IMG/VR virus record: IMGVR_UViG_3300002900_000020
Location: 750-64,749 of that record
Origin: a virus
Taxonomy: Duplodnaviria > Caudoviricetes
DNA: 64,000 nucleotides
Direction: 5' to 3' (one strand)
Below the pieces are notes generated by a model. It had not been told where the DNA came from, made no database searches, and saw only the letters and a program-made list of their open reading frames with translations. The stretch's first letter is position 1, and every line of letters begins with the position of its first letter. Made by a program: the position numbers and the translations under genes. Below are positions 26,853-36,056 of the stretch, piece by piece.

Positions 26853-26876
26853 TATTATTGGTTCATTATTGGTTCA

Positions 26877-27977
26877 TTACTGGTTCAAGGTGAGGACTTT
26901 AGTAGCCTCGTTAAACAGCTTGGAAAAACCATTGTTCTCGGAGACAGTCAGAACCGAAGTCTGATTCAGAATGAACTTCTCGGACTCCATGATATCGGAA
27001 CCGATTTCAGTTACCTGCTCAATACCGTACCGGCGGTCAAGGCCAATCAACTGGTTAGCCGGAGCAGACTTCAGGTATACCAACCGATAGTTAACAAATA
27101 GATCTTGAGTCAACTGCATCTTGGCTTGCACCGGACCTTGCTGAATCATGCTCAGAAGCACCAAGGGGTCGACGTTGGGGAACTGCATAGTCAGCACCTG
27201 CAACAGTTCAGCCTCCCCGCCAATTACAGTAGTACACTGATACGGATAAAACTTCAGCAAAAACTTCAGCCAGGACTTGTAATCCAGCCCATCAAGCACC
27301 ACACCGCCCAGGTCGGCATTAAGCCGGTAAACGGTTGCAGCATTGTTGTTGCCGTCACCGTTAATGATGACCCCTAAGGCATCGTCAGCCTTGTCCATGG
27401 ATGTCTGCTCTGCAATCCGACGAACATGCAGGGCCAGCATATCAATCCGCATCCGGCGAATAGCTTCGTAGCTTGCTTTGATGGCCCGACCATACTTATA
27501 GATCTTAATGCTTTGGTCTTTGCCTTTTAGTTCGGCCAAAGGCAGCTCACCGGCCTCAGTTACACGCTTTTTGGTCTGTTCTTCCGGCTGGTCAGCAACA
27601 TAGTAGGAACTGTACACATTAGTGTCGATGGGAGTGTTAATGGCTACCAGCTCAGGGAGAATACTGTCGGCTATTAATACCTCCCTGGCAGTACGGGAAA
27701 TGAATTCCGGGAACAGGACTTTGGACTCTTCAGTCTGGTAGAATGCTTCCACGGTGCTGGCGTAAATACCCTTTTCCTCCTTGGATGCAACCCTTATCCC
27801 GAACCGCTTCAACTGGCGTTCATAAGCGTCCAGTTTTTCGTTAGGCCCATAGGCTTCTGAAGGGTCAATTTTCTCCAGGTATTGAGAGAAGGTCAGTTTT
27901 TCAGCCTGGGCCTTCTTAAACATATCAACAGAAAGCTTAATATCGTTTGCTTTAGGGGTTACAGTGATTCCACTCAT
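26877..27977 (-). CDS. Major capsid protein (HK97 fold)
   Basis: 366 aa; KKRVTEAGELP, IYKYGRAIKASYEAIRR, VIINGDGN; position. Confidence 0.88.
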   Translation of the reverse strand: MSGITVTPKANDIKLSVDMFKKAQAEKLTFSQYLEKIDPSEAYGPNEKLDAYERQLKRFGIRVASKEEKGIYASTVEAFYQTEESKVLFPEFISRTAREVLIADSILPELVAINTPIDTNVYSSYYVADQPEEQTKKRVTEAGELPLAELKGKDQSIKIYKYGRAIKASYEAIRRMRIDMLALHVRRIAEQTSMDKADDALGVIINGDGNNNAATVYRLNADLGGVVLDGLDYKSWLKFLLKFYPYQCTTVIGGEAELLQVLTMQFPNVDPLVLLSMIQQGPVQAKMQLTQDLFVNYRLVYLKSAPANQLIGLDRRYGIEQVTEIGSDIMESEKFILNQTSVLTVSENNGFSKLFNEATKVLTLNQ

Positions 27978-28007
27978 CTTATTAATCGCTCCTTTCTTTT
28001 TTAGGGA

Positions 28008-28421
28008 TTAAACCAAAACTGTAGCAATGTTATTGACGGTATCGAGGCTAACAACCAAGCCGCGGCCCTTCTCAACGATACTGTAGGTGGCAGCTCCGCC
28101 TTCATTAACAGCCTGCTCAGGGGCGTTTTTGACACCACCAGCACCGTCGACAACCACGAACTTGCCCACAGTGGGAGGAACGGGGGTTGCTGCAGGGTTA
28201 TAGGGTACTTGCAAGAACCCACTATATTCCACTGTACCGTAACCGTCACCTTCAACCTTGACCAACTTGCCAAGGAATACATCATTGGCTGCACCCAAAC
28301 CGGCAGTATCGGCAGCAGCAAGGGTCACTGCCTTGCCTTCATCAGCTGCGGTGATGCCGACAGCCAACTTAAAAGTTGCGGTTTTAACACCGACACCTTT
28401 AAAACTTAATCCTCCGCGCAT
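28008..28421 (-). CDS. Capsid decoration/cement protein
   Basis: 137 aa Gly/Val-rich protein between protease and capsid; DEGKAVTL, FLGKLVKVEGDG. Confidence 0.7.
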   Translation of the reverse strand: MRGGLSFKGVGVKTATFKLAVGITAADEGKAVTLAAADTAGLGAANDVFLGKLVKVEGDGYGTVEYSGFLQVPYNPAATPVPPTVGKFVVVDGAGGVKNAPEQAVNEGGAATYSIVEKGRGLVVSLDTVNNIATVLV

Positions 28422-28458
28422 TTATATCGCTCCTTTCATATGCCAAACCATTTTTAAA

Positions 28459-30036
28459 CTACTTTTTCATAGAAAAAACATCATCATCCAGGGTGACGCT
28501 GGCCACTTGACTATTACCATCAAAGACGGGCAATTCTAATCTGCCGGCATCAGTATGCCGCTGGAACCCAAGCTTAGCGGCAGCGGACTGCTCCCACTTT
28601 TCGCCCATGGACTTGATTTCATCCACAGACAGGGCTTCGAACATCTTGCGATAGGTTTCAGCCGGGAAGTCATTCCCTTGGTCACGGACACCGCTGGCCA
28701 GTGCAGCTTCAATTACATCCTGGCGGTACTTACGGCCCTGTTCAGCTTCCTTGGCCACTAATTCCAGGCCTTCCCTGAACCCAATCTCAGGCGCAATGCC
28801 CAGGGCTTCCATGACCACAGCTTCGACGCTTTCTTTGGCGGCATCCAATGCCTGCAGGATATTTTCCCTGGCGATTTCGGCATCCTCGGAGAAGCCCAGG
28901 CTCTCCCTGACCAGTTTGACCAGTCCGTCATACTTCTGCTGCAGTGCTTGCAGTTTTTGCTCCAACATAGGATCCTCACTTCCTTTCGAGAGTTTCTTTA
29001 GTGCGGCCGGCAATGTCCCGTCAAGTGCATCTTTGATTTCGTGGGCGCCATGCTGCTGATCCAGAATGTGTTTGGCGCAACTGCGGTGGGCTTCTACGAC
29101 TTCGGCCATGCTCATGCCTATATCCTCGCCGGCAGAGAGTGCGATGTATTTTTTGTGCAGCTCATCGTGCTGGCGGTGATAATCTGTTTGTACTGCGGTG
29201 CGGGGAATAAATAAATCTACACTGTGCCGTGAGTAGGTAGCATAGACTTGAACACCAAGGGGTATTTCTTTGATATTTTCAGCTACCACATACTTGCTCG
29301 GGACGCTGTATTTATCATGCGCCCGTGCCTCGCCGGTCGCCATGCATATTCCTGCTCCCGGGTAGGCGCCGTCGAAAACGAAACTGTTTTCCATCAGGCC
29401 GCCCGGGGGTTTGGCCCATACGAAGCATAAACCGCCTTCTTCTGGATATTCCCGTCCCGGCCAGTGCGGGCAGTTCTGTCCATCCCGAATGTCATTGCCG
29501 CAGATGGAGCACTCCATCCGGTCAGCATACCAGCCAATGGAGGTATCGAATATGACTCCGGTTTCAATTCCCTTGGCCAGGTCATCAGTCTTAACCCCAT
29601 CTATTTCCAGCCCCATCGGCATGTAGAAGTCAGCATAAAGGTTATAGGCTTTGGTCATCATTTCCGGATTCATTGTATCTGGGCATTCTTCCCGGCGGAT
29701 AATGCCATCGAAGCTACGGCCGTAGGGAATTACCCTATTGGCCGAACCCCAGCCGGAGGCCCAAAGGTGAGAGTCAATCTGAGCTATGCCCTGCTTTGTG
29801 TGCTGCAGCATCACATCCAGCATGGACTTGTGGATCCGGATATAGCGGCGGGGAACCATCTGGTCACCAACAAGCATATTGCGGTAGACGAACACATCAT
29901 CGGCGGAAAGTTCCTTCTTTGCCAGGGCGTTTATCTTAGCCAGTTGTCCCGCTGTTGGTCGGCCAAAGGCGATAAGACCGGGGGCTGAATTAATTTGTTC
30001 TTGGCCTTCTTGAACTTGTTCATGCAAGTCTTTCAC
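28459..30036 (-). CDS. Prohead protease/scaffold fusion
   Basis: TSIGW...CSICG...CPHWPG motif, LMENSFVFDGAYPGA; helical acidic C-terminus; AAGGAGG RBS before the GTG at 30036. Confidence 0.8.
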   Translation of the reverse strand: MKDLHEQVQEGQEQINSAPGLIAFGRPTAGQLAKINALAKKELSADDVFVYRNMLVGDQMVPRRYIRIHKSMLDVMLQHTKQGIAQIDSHLWASGWGSANRVIPYGRSFDGIIRREECPDTMNPEMMTKAYNLYADFYMPMGLEIDGVKTDDLAKGIETGVIFDTSIGWYADRMECSICGNDIRDGQNCPHWPGREYPEEGGLCFVWAKPPGGLMENSFVFDGAYPGAGICMATGEARAHDKYSVPSKYVVAENIKEIPLGVQVYATYSRHSVDLFIPRTAVQTDYHRQHDELHKKYIALSAGEDIGMSMAEVVEAHRSCAKHILDQQHGAHEIKDALDGTLPAALKKLSKGSEDPMLEQKLQALQQKYDGLVKLVRESLGFSEDAEIARENILQALDAAKESVEAVVMEALGIAPEIGFREGLELVAKEAEQGRKYRQDVIEAALASGVRDQGNDFPAETYRKMFEALSVDEIKSMGEKWEQSAAAKLGFQRHTDAGRLELPVFDGNSQVASVTLDDDVFSMKK

Positions 30037-30037
30037 A

Positions 30038-30241
30038 TCAACCACCTCCTTGTAAAGTCTGAATCGGGCTATAAAACTGGGCCAGCTTCTGCTTGTCCCC
30101 GGTAGCTTGCAGCTCTCTTTTTTGGCGGGCAATATCTGCCATGGAAGGGCGGCTATCCGTCGCTGTTATCATCGCTTCCACCATCGCCATCATTGTCGTC
30201 ACCTTCATCGCCGTCCCTATCGTCTTCCTTGTTTCTTCCAT
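30038..30241 (-). CDS. Possible 67-aa ORF overlapping the portal 3' end
   Basis: AGGGGG RBS then ATG; stop abuts the protease start. Confidence 0.3.
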   Translation of the reverse strand: MEETRKTIGTAMKVTTMMAMVEAMITATDSRPSMADIARQKRELQATGDKQKLAQFYSPIQTLQGGG

Positions 30242-31772
30242 CGCCACCACCCCCTATACTAACTTTCCCAAAGGCAAGATTAAGCAGATCCACATCCATT
30301 TCTCCAACCGGCTGACGACCAACCAACTCCATGGCAGCTCCTTTCTGATCTTGCAGACCCAGGGCAATTAATTTAAGTTGGTTCAGAATAGATTCCCCAA
30401 AATCTTTCTGCCGCTGCTCTTCACTCCTGAAGTCGATAGGCTCAAACTCAAAGTCAACCGTACCCTGGAAGCCTTTCAGGTTCAAGGCAAAAGTAAAAGC
30501 CCTTTCCAATAGGGCTTCACTTACTTTTTGGACATCCTCTACACCTTTGGCGTAGAGCATCATATCCGTGCTGACATAAGTCTCCGTACTGCCTTCCTTC
30601 CGGCCCAGAATGGTCATTAGGGTTTTTAGTGCCGCTGCCATCTGATGGTCAAGAACATCAATCAGGCCCCGGATATCGAAAGAGGCTTTGGCAGCCTGGC
30701 CAACCATGCCCAGTTCAACGCTGTCATAATGGACCATGACATCATCCGGGTTAAGCTGACTGTATAGATTAATCAGTTCTGTAAGCCTGGCATTAAGCCA
30801 TTCGGCATATTTATCAGGGTTATTTTTTATGGCCGCCGGGCAGTTCTTGGACACGACCTCTTCCAGAATCTTAGCCTCTATCCTGGGATACCCGACTATA
30901 TGGACTGCAGCCTTCAGGTCTATTAGAACCTGCATATAGAAGAACACTACCTGCAGTACCGGTAGAATAGGACTCCGGCCGTAAGGGTCTCCTATTTTCG
31001 GGTCCAGGGCCTCATAGAAGAAGTTTGGATAATCAAGCCGTTTATAGCCATTCTCCCAGACTTCTTCCTGGTCAGAGCGGTTGCCCCGATCACTGTTACC
31101 CTGCTGCCTTCGCCTGCCGCTCATCCCCTGATACTGCCAGGGCACGTTCCGGCCGTCCTCACCCCTGCGGAAATAGATGCTATTCACATCCACCGGGGCT
31201 ATCTCTGCTACATCCCAAAGGTTATCAAACAGAACGGCTTCACCTGCACAGGCGCCATCTTTGATAATAGACAGGTGCAGTTGGTTAAGCAGGTTATCCA
31301 GAGACTTGGATTCTTCAAATCGGCCACTGTTCGGCGTAGCTCCCATCCTGATGATCAGCTCATCAACTAATTTCTGCCCCCGGGCATCAGGTTCACCTGC
31401 TAGGTTCTTAGCCGTGACCGTCCATCCGCTATTGGCCACCCGGAGAAACTGCCAGACTGCGTAACTGATATCTGGGTGGGTATCGGCTAGGATATCCAGT
31501 AGCTCCGGGGCCGATAGCTGCGACTGTTTGGATAAGTCAATCCGGTGGATGTCGCCGTACCGGCGTGGGAGGAAGGTTGAGCCAATGCCCCACCAGTTAA
31601 AGCCGCTGGTATCTGTGGTCTGCCTGGCCGTAGCCGCCTGGCGTGGGGCATTGTTTGATGAGGCAGGGGTGCGGGGTTGGGAGGCGTAGGTGGAAGTTGA
31701 TGTTTTTGCCCCCTGGTTCTTGTTTGCCCTGAATCTCCCTATGAAGTTGCGGATTATGGTAAATACATTCAA
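30153..31772 (-). CDS. Portal protein
   Basis: Follows TerL; DPYGRSPI, HIVGYPRI, VDFEFEPID motifs. Confidence 0.85.
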   Translation of the reverse strand: MNVFTIIRNFIGRFRANKNQGAKTSTSTYASQPRTPASSNNAPRQAATARQTTDTSGFNWWGIGSTFLPRRYGDIHRIDLSKQSQLSAPELLDILADTHPDISYAVWQFLRVANSGWTVTAKNLAGEPDARGQKLVDELIIRMGATPNSGRFEESKSLDNLLNQLHLSIIKDGACAGEAVLFDNLWDVAEIAPVDVNSIYFRRGEDGRNVPWQYQGMSGRRRQQGNSDRGNRSDQEEVWENGYKRLDYPNFFYEALDPKIGDPYGRSPILPVLQVVFFYMQVLIDLKAAVHIVGYPRIEAKILEEVVSKNCPAAIKNNPDKYAEWLNARLTELINLYSQLNPDDVMVHYDSVELGMVGQAAKASFDIRGLIDVLDHQMAAALKTLMTILGRKEGSTETYVSTDMMLYAKGVEDVQKVSEALLERAFTFALNLKGFQGTVDFEFEPIDFRSEEQRQKDFGESILNQLKLIALGLQDQKGAAMELVGRQPVGEMDVDLLNLAFGKVSIGGGGDGRNKEDDRDGDEGDDNDGDGGSDDNSDG

Positions 31773-31809
31773 GGCGGCTTACACCTGCCTTTCTGTTTAT
31801 TTGTGGCCG

Positions 31810-33390
31810 CTATTTCCTTGGCATAGTCACTATCATCGGTGCAGCAGTGTGCTGGAATTCTTTATCTTCATTAATCATTTCCGCCAAGCCAGTCAGCGCA
31901 TCAGCCGCGTCATCATCCTTGTTTTTGCCTTCTTTTTGGAAAGTGGTAATGGCTAGATAAAACTCCGGATACTTATAATTCCACCTCGGAGGAAAGAATA
32001 CATGATTAGTTATAAAACTACTATTCGTCAATATCCTTGCGATTTTATTCGCCGACTGATGGAACCATTCGACGCTTACACTTTTTGTTTGGTGGCGTTC
32101 CCATATCAACCGTTCGACATTCCGCGCAAAACCCCGGCCGCCGTTGTTAGATTCAATTTTAGCAAGGTTTACATCGTTCCTGGCCAGAAAATCCGCTGTG
32201 GCTGGTTCAGTGATTTCCATGGCTTCCTGCGTATAATAAACATCAAGTATCCACGCTTCGCCCTGATATACCCCGGCCACGATTGAACAAAGCCAGTTGT
32301 TTCCCTCATCAGCCGTATCGGTGTAACTGATAATCTGTTCAAAGAGTGGATAGCCGTTATCATCCCTGGGGATATCGGTCCATTCTTTCAGATCCTTGTA
32401 CAACCGCCCCTGGATGTCAACCGGTTCCTGGTGGTAGTTGGCTCGGAATATGGCCGGGTCCATGGTATTGCGCAGACTATTGTACCGTTTTTTTGACAAC
32501 AAGTCCGGGCAAAGCATTGTATCTGTGGCTTCGTTGTAAACTTCCATTTTCAAGACATACCACTCATCCGCTTCGGGGCCGTCAAGTATTCTGCCACATA
32601 TATCCTTTTTAGCCCAGCGGGTCATGTTGACTATTTCAAGCGGTTCACCGCCTTTGGCAGATACCCGGGACATGAATGTGCCGGTATACCATCGCCATAT
32701 TTTATCAAGATGGTTCTCGTTAAACGCTTCCTCTGCGCCTTTAACGGGGTCATCAACAATGAGTATGGTACCGCCTTTTGATGTAATAGACCCACCGACA
32801 CCTGCGCCAAGGTATGAAAAATGCTGGCCTTCAAGAGCCCATTTCTCAAAGCCGGCATTACTTCTTTTAATTCTGGTCTTGGGGAATATGTCAGAGTAAA
32901 CAATGTCGGCGGCGTCAATCTTTTGGACTGTAATGCCGTCCCTGGTATAGCGCGAAAAATCACTTGCCGTGCTGTCGTTATACGAGCAAGTAATTATTTT
33001 TTCTTTGGGATTTTTCCCGAACACCCAGCCAGCGAAATTAATTAGCGTCCTTGATTTGCCGTGCTGGGGAGGGAGGTTGAGCATCAGTTTTTTGCAAGTC
33101 TGGTAACCGGTCGGCAGTCCCTCTGTGCTATCAACGATAGTCCATTCTTTCACTGGCGGGAACCGGACGATTCGGCCCTCATATAACGCCTGCAAGATGT
33201 TGCATATAATCTTAAGGTGTTCCCGGTCGTCTAAATAAAAGTCAGGCGCTACAGTTTTACAGAAATGCCAAAAGCTTTGCTGAGCTTGCTCTATCTCAGT
33301 TTGTCTCTGCCCCTGGTCTATGTAGTTTTCTACGTTTGCCTGGGAGCAAATATAATCATGGATTTGGTTAAGCACATCATTTGCCACCAC
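31810..33390 (-). CDS. terL: Terminase large subunit
   Basis: PPQHGKS Walker A, LIVDDPVK Walker B, YTDTAD and DDDAADAL nuclease motifs. Confidence 0.95.
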   Translation of the reverse strand: MVANDVLNQIHDYICSQANVENYIDQGQRQTEIEQAQQSFWHFCKTVAPDFYLDDREHLKIICNILQALYEGRIVRFPPVKEWTIVDSTEGLPTGYQTCKKLMLNLPPQHGKSRTLINFAGWVFGKNPKEKIITCSYNDSTASDFSRYTRDGITVQKIDAADIVYSDIFPKTRIKRSNAGFEKWALEGQHFSYLGAGVGGSITSKGGTILIVDDPVKGAEEAFNENHLDKIWRWYTGTFMSRVSAKGGEPLEIVNMTRWAKKDICGRILDGPEADEWYVLKMEVYNEATDTMLCPDLLSKKRYNSLRNTMDPAIFRANYHQEPVDIQGRLYKDLKEWTDIPRDDNGYPLFEQIISYTDTADEGNNWLCSIVAGVYQGEAWILDVYYTQEAMEITEPATADFLARNDVNLAKIESNNGGRGFARNVERLIWERHQTKSVSVEWFHQSANKIARILTNSSFITNHVFFPPRWNYKYPEFYLAITTFQKEGKNKDDDAADALTGLAEMINEDKEFQHTAAPMIVTMPRK

Positions 33391-34066
33391 CTGTCATGGC
33401 CTGGTGCTCCAGGGCCAACTGTCTTAGCCTTGGATTGCCTGCCAGTTTGGCCAGTACGTTATTACAGGCATCCGGATTTTCTTTTCTGAATTCCTCGATG
33501 AAGATCCTGATATATTCCTGGACCAGGTTATATTCATGGACCTTGGCTGTAAGATCCACCATAAACTTGTTATTCTCCCGGATCTCCTTGCTGACTGCCG
33601 CCAGTTCATAGATGTAATTCTGGAAGTCCTTTTTGTGGCGCTCCAGATAGACCTTGACTCGATCAATTACCCAAAGTGGATTCCCTAACCGTTCAAGGTC
33701 ATCCAACAGTTGTTTATAATGCCTGTCAACACGGTCCGGGAATTGCTCTATTTCATCCAATTGAAGAAACATCTTATTGCAGAGCGATATTTGGGACTGG
33801 ATTATATCGAACTCCTGGTTGACAGCCTTTTGAATCCGACGCCGGTCGGCCTTGATAACCTCGACCTTCTTCTCTGTCTCTCGGTTTCTGAATCTCTTGA
33901 CAGCCATATTGGTGATGGTATCTTTGATGCCCTGGCGGGTGAGCTCCTCGTTACATAGTTTGGCCAAGGTTACATCGGCAATGTCCCTGTTTCGATTGAT
34001 GTGGTCTGTCACGAATTCTTCTAAGCCGTATTTTTCAATTTTTCCTGGTTTGGCCATGGGCATCAT
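33377..34066 (-). CDS. terS: Terminase small subunit (DUF3486/Mu gp27-like)
   Basis: N-terminal HTH (TITNMAVKRFR), helical body, overlaps the TerL start. Confidence 0.7.
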   Translation of the reverse strand: MMPMAKPGKIEKYGLEEFVTDHINRNRDIADVTLAKLCNEELTRQGIKDTITNMAVKRFRNRETEKKVEVIKADRRRIQKAVNQEFDIIQSQISLCNKMFLQLDEIEQFPDRVDRHYKQLLDDLERLGNPLWVIDRVKVYLERHKKDFQNYIYELAAVSKEIRENNKFMVDLTAKVHEYNLVQEYIRIFIEEFRKENPDACNNVLAKLAGNPRLRQLALEHQAMTGGGK

Positions 34067-34074
34067 CCTTTATA

Positions 34075-34199
34075 TTAACGTTAACGGAATTAACGTTAAT
34101 CGATAACGTTAATGTTATAAATTAACGTTAATCAGGGTTAACGTTATGAGTTACTTCGATTTATTGCTCATTAGGAGGGGTTTTGGGAGTTAACGTTTA
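34075..34199. repeat. Six copies of palindromic (T)TAACGTT(AA)
   Basis: Copies start at 34075, 34090, 34103, 34122, 34138 and 34190. Confidence 0.9.
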
Positions 34200-34709
34200 C
34201 TGAAACTCCCATTCATACTCTTCAGCATTCTCGGTAAGTCTCTTTCGTTTCAGGTGTTTAGTAATATCATCCTGGTCCTTGACGAACATTATCTTCTGGC
34301 TCCGGGCAATGGCGGCGTACTGGATGACTATTTGGTCCCAGAGGATGTCCAGGGGACTTTTAACCTGGATGGATTCGATGATTTCAAGAGTCTCTGAATC
34401 CTCCGGAAAGATTTTTCGGAAGAAACCATGGGTTACGGCATTAGAGTTTTTCACAGGGGCACCATGACCGACTGCATTTTTATTGCCTTTAGGGGCTCCC
34501 TATTTTCCTTTCTTCTTCGGAGTACTCCACTTGCTGGTTTGGAGTACTCCGTTTAGTTTCTGTTCCCATTTATCTTTGCACTTCCACCCGCCGATAGTCC
34601 GTTCGGGGAGTTGAAGGATTTCGGCGATTTTCCGGTTAGTAATTTTTCCGCCATGTTCCTTGTAAATTTCGAATGCTTTATCACGTTCCGGACTTCGTTC
34701 GCGTCCCAT
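34197..34709 (-). pseudogene. Relic YjcR-type terminase small subunit with in-frame TAG and 3' truncation
   Basis: MGRERSPERDKAFEIY...KCKDKW...[30 protein letters not shown]...EYEWEFQ*; both ORF-track fragments are in one frame. Confidence 0.85.
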
Positions 34710-34753
34710 CTACATCATCACCCACCTCCGGCAGGCTTTTGTTTGTTTTGCCC

Positions 34754-34783
34754 AAAAGAAAAGGCCCAGCGTTACGCTGAACC
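34754..34783 (-). terminator. Terminator of the HTH gene
   Basis: Minus strand GGTTCAGCG-TAA-CGCTGGGCC-TTTTCTTTT. Confidence 0.7.
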
Positions 34784-34791
34784 ATTATTGC

Positions 34792-34995
34792 CTAGCTTTC
34801 TTTGATATGCTGAATCACATCTTCTATTTCACAGCCCAGATAAGTACAAATCTTATCCAGGACCTCCATGGAGACATATTCGTCTTTGCTAATTTTGGCC
34901 AGGGTCACCGGACTAAATCCTAAGTCTTCCCTGAGGTTCTGCTTTTTCAAATCCTTGTCAATCAGCGTCTTTAGTAACGGCTTATAGGTAAACAT
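34792..34995 (-). CDS. Cro/C1-type (HTH_26) regulator
   Basis: YKPLLKTLIDKDLKK...TLAKISKDEYVSMEVLDKICTYLGCEIEDVI. Confidence 0.9.
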   Translation of the reverse strand: MFTYKPLLKTLIDKDLKKQNLREDLGFSPVTLAKISKDEYVSMEVLDKICTYLGCEIEDVIQHIKES

Positions 34996-35006
34996 CTTAA
35001 CAACCC

Positions 35007-35052
35007 CTTTCTGTACTTATTTAACATTATTATATAATAAAAGTACAGAAAG
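35007..35052. promoter_or_regulatory. Operator-like inverted repeat
   Basis: CTTTCTGTACTT-N22-AAGTACAGAAAG; variant half-site AAGTACATAAA at 35106. Confidence 0.65.
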
Positions 35053-35076
35053 ATAAACCTTTTGTCCATATATCTA

Positions 35077-35105
35077 TTGACTATAGATGCAGATTAATAT
35101 ATAAT
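35077..35105 (+). promoter_or_regulatory. SigmaA promoter of the two-gene moron
   Basis: TTGACT-N17-TATAAT. Confidence 0.85.
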
Positions 35106-35146
35106 AAGTACATAAACATAAACTAAATATACAGGAGGTTGTTTAT

Positions 35147-35335
35147 ATGATTAAAAACACCAAGCAAAACTGGACCGTTGGTTCCACCGTAAAAGTCGGT
35201 TTTCTTAGCCTAAAAGTAATTGAAATTATCCCCACCCCGGGAGATGGTCTCCCTGATCAGTACCTTTTGGAAAACTCCAAAGGCAAGCAATATATATTCA
35301 CACCACATTACGGCCTGGAAGCCGTGGTGGCTTAG
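35147..35335 (+). CDS. Small hypothetical phage protein (62 aa)
   Basis: AGGAGG RBS downstream of a consensus promoter. Confidence 0.8.
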   Translation: MIKNTKQNWTVGSTVKVGFLSLKVIEIIPTPGDGLPDQYLLENSKGKQYIFTPHYGLEAVVA

Positions 35336-35353
35336 AGCTGGAGGCGATTACTT

Positions 35354-35530
35354 ATGTTTAAACCCTACTTTGACCCTCAATTCTTAGGCGGTGCCTGGGT
35401 TTGTGGCATCTGCTCTAAATGCGGTAAAAAGATAGACGGTTACCATATCTGGCACTGGAGAGGATACAAGGATAACAAAGATTATTGCGGTTATTGTTAC
35501 CCGGCTGATTCATATAGAGTAATTTACTAA
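35354..35530 (+). CDS. 58-aa Cys-rich protein with two CxxC motifs (not in the ORF track)
   Basis: GGAGG RBS; MFKPYFDPQFLGGAWVCGICSKCGKK...DYCGYCYPADSYRVIY. Confidence 0.75.
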   Translation: MFKPYFDPQFLGGAWVCGICSKCGKKIDGYHIWHWRGYKDNKDYCGYCYPADSYRVIY

Positions 35531-35556
35531 GGTCGCTTCGGCGGCTTTTTATTTTT
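35531..35556 (+). terminator. Terminator of the moron operon
   Basis: GGTCGC-TTCG-GCGGC-TTTTTATTTTT. Confidence 0.8.
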
Positions 35557-35683
35557 ATACTTCCTCTACCACTGCCTTACCACCATACTTTTCCGCCCTC
35601 AAACTAGCCTCCACCTCAGTATAACAAATATCCACCGGCTCTAAGCAAACACCGTTGTAAAGAAGTACCACAAACATTTTCAT
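35555..35683 (-). CDS. 42-aa hypothetical protein
   Basis: MKMFVVLLYNGVCLEPVDIC...; ATGA overlap with the upstream ORF. Confidence 0.5.
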   Translation of the reverse strand: MKMFVVLLYNGVCLEPVDICYTEVEASLRAEKYGGKAVVEEV

Positions 35684-35841
35684 AACTTCTCATCCCGGTA
35701 GAATCCCGGCTTCTCCTTCATCAACTGCTCCACTTCCCTGGTGCTCGCCTTCACCGACCGCAGGAACTGGCCACCCATCATTTCGACCAACCTCCGCCAG
35801 ATATTAGGTTGCCGCAGATATATAAACTCCCCTATGGTCAT
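35680..35841 (-). CDS. 53-aa hypothetical protein
   Basis: MTIGEFIYLRQPNIWRRLVEMM...; GAGG RBS. Confidence 0.55.
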   Translation of the reverse strand: MTIGEFIYLRQPNIWRRLVEMMGGQFLRSVKASTREVEQLMKEKPGFYRDEKL

Positions 35842-35936
35842 GGGCCTCATCTCCCAAAAGAAAAGAACAGCCGGTTATCGACTGTTCTTTATCATCTGTT
35901 ATTAGAGGGACTCCCTGCCCCTGGGCGCAAACCGCC

Positions 35937-36021
35937 CTTATACCATATTTATATCAAATGTGACCCTGGGTTGTCCAGTATATTGTCTGGATTTTGTCCC
36001 TCGTTTTGTCTGGATTTTGTC
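35937..36021 (-). promoter_or_regulatory. Candidate activator-dependent late promoter
   Basis: Two 16-bp direct repeats GACAAAATCCAGACAA (23-bp period) upstream of extended -10 TGATATAAA / TGGTATAAG; no -35. Confidence 0.55.
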
Positions 36022-36056
36022 AGTTTTTTTAAAATTCCTTTGCTCCGATGTTTTTA

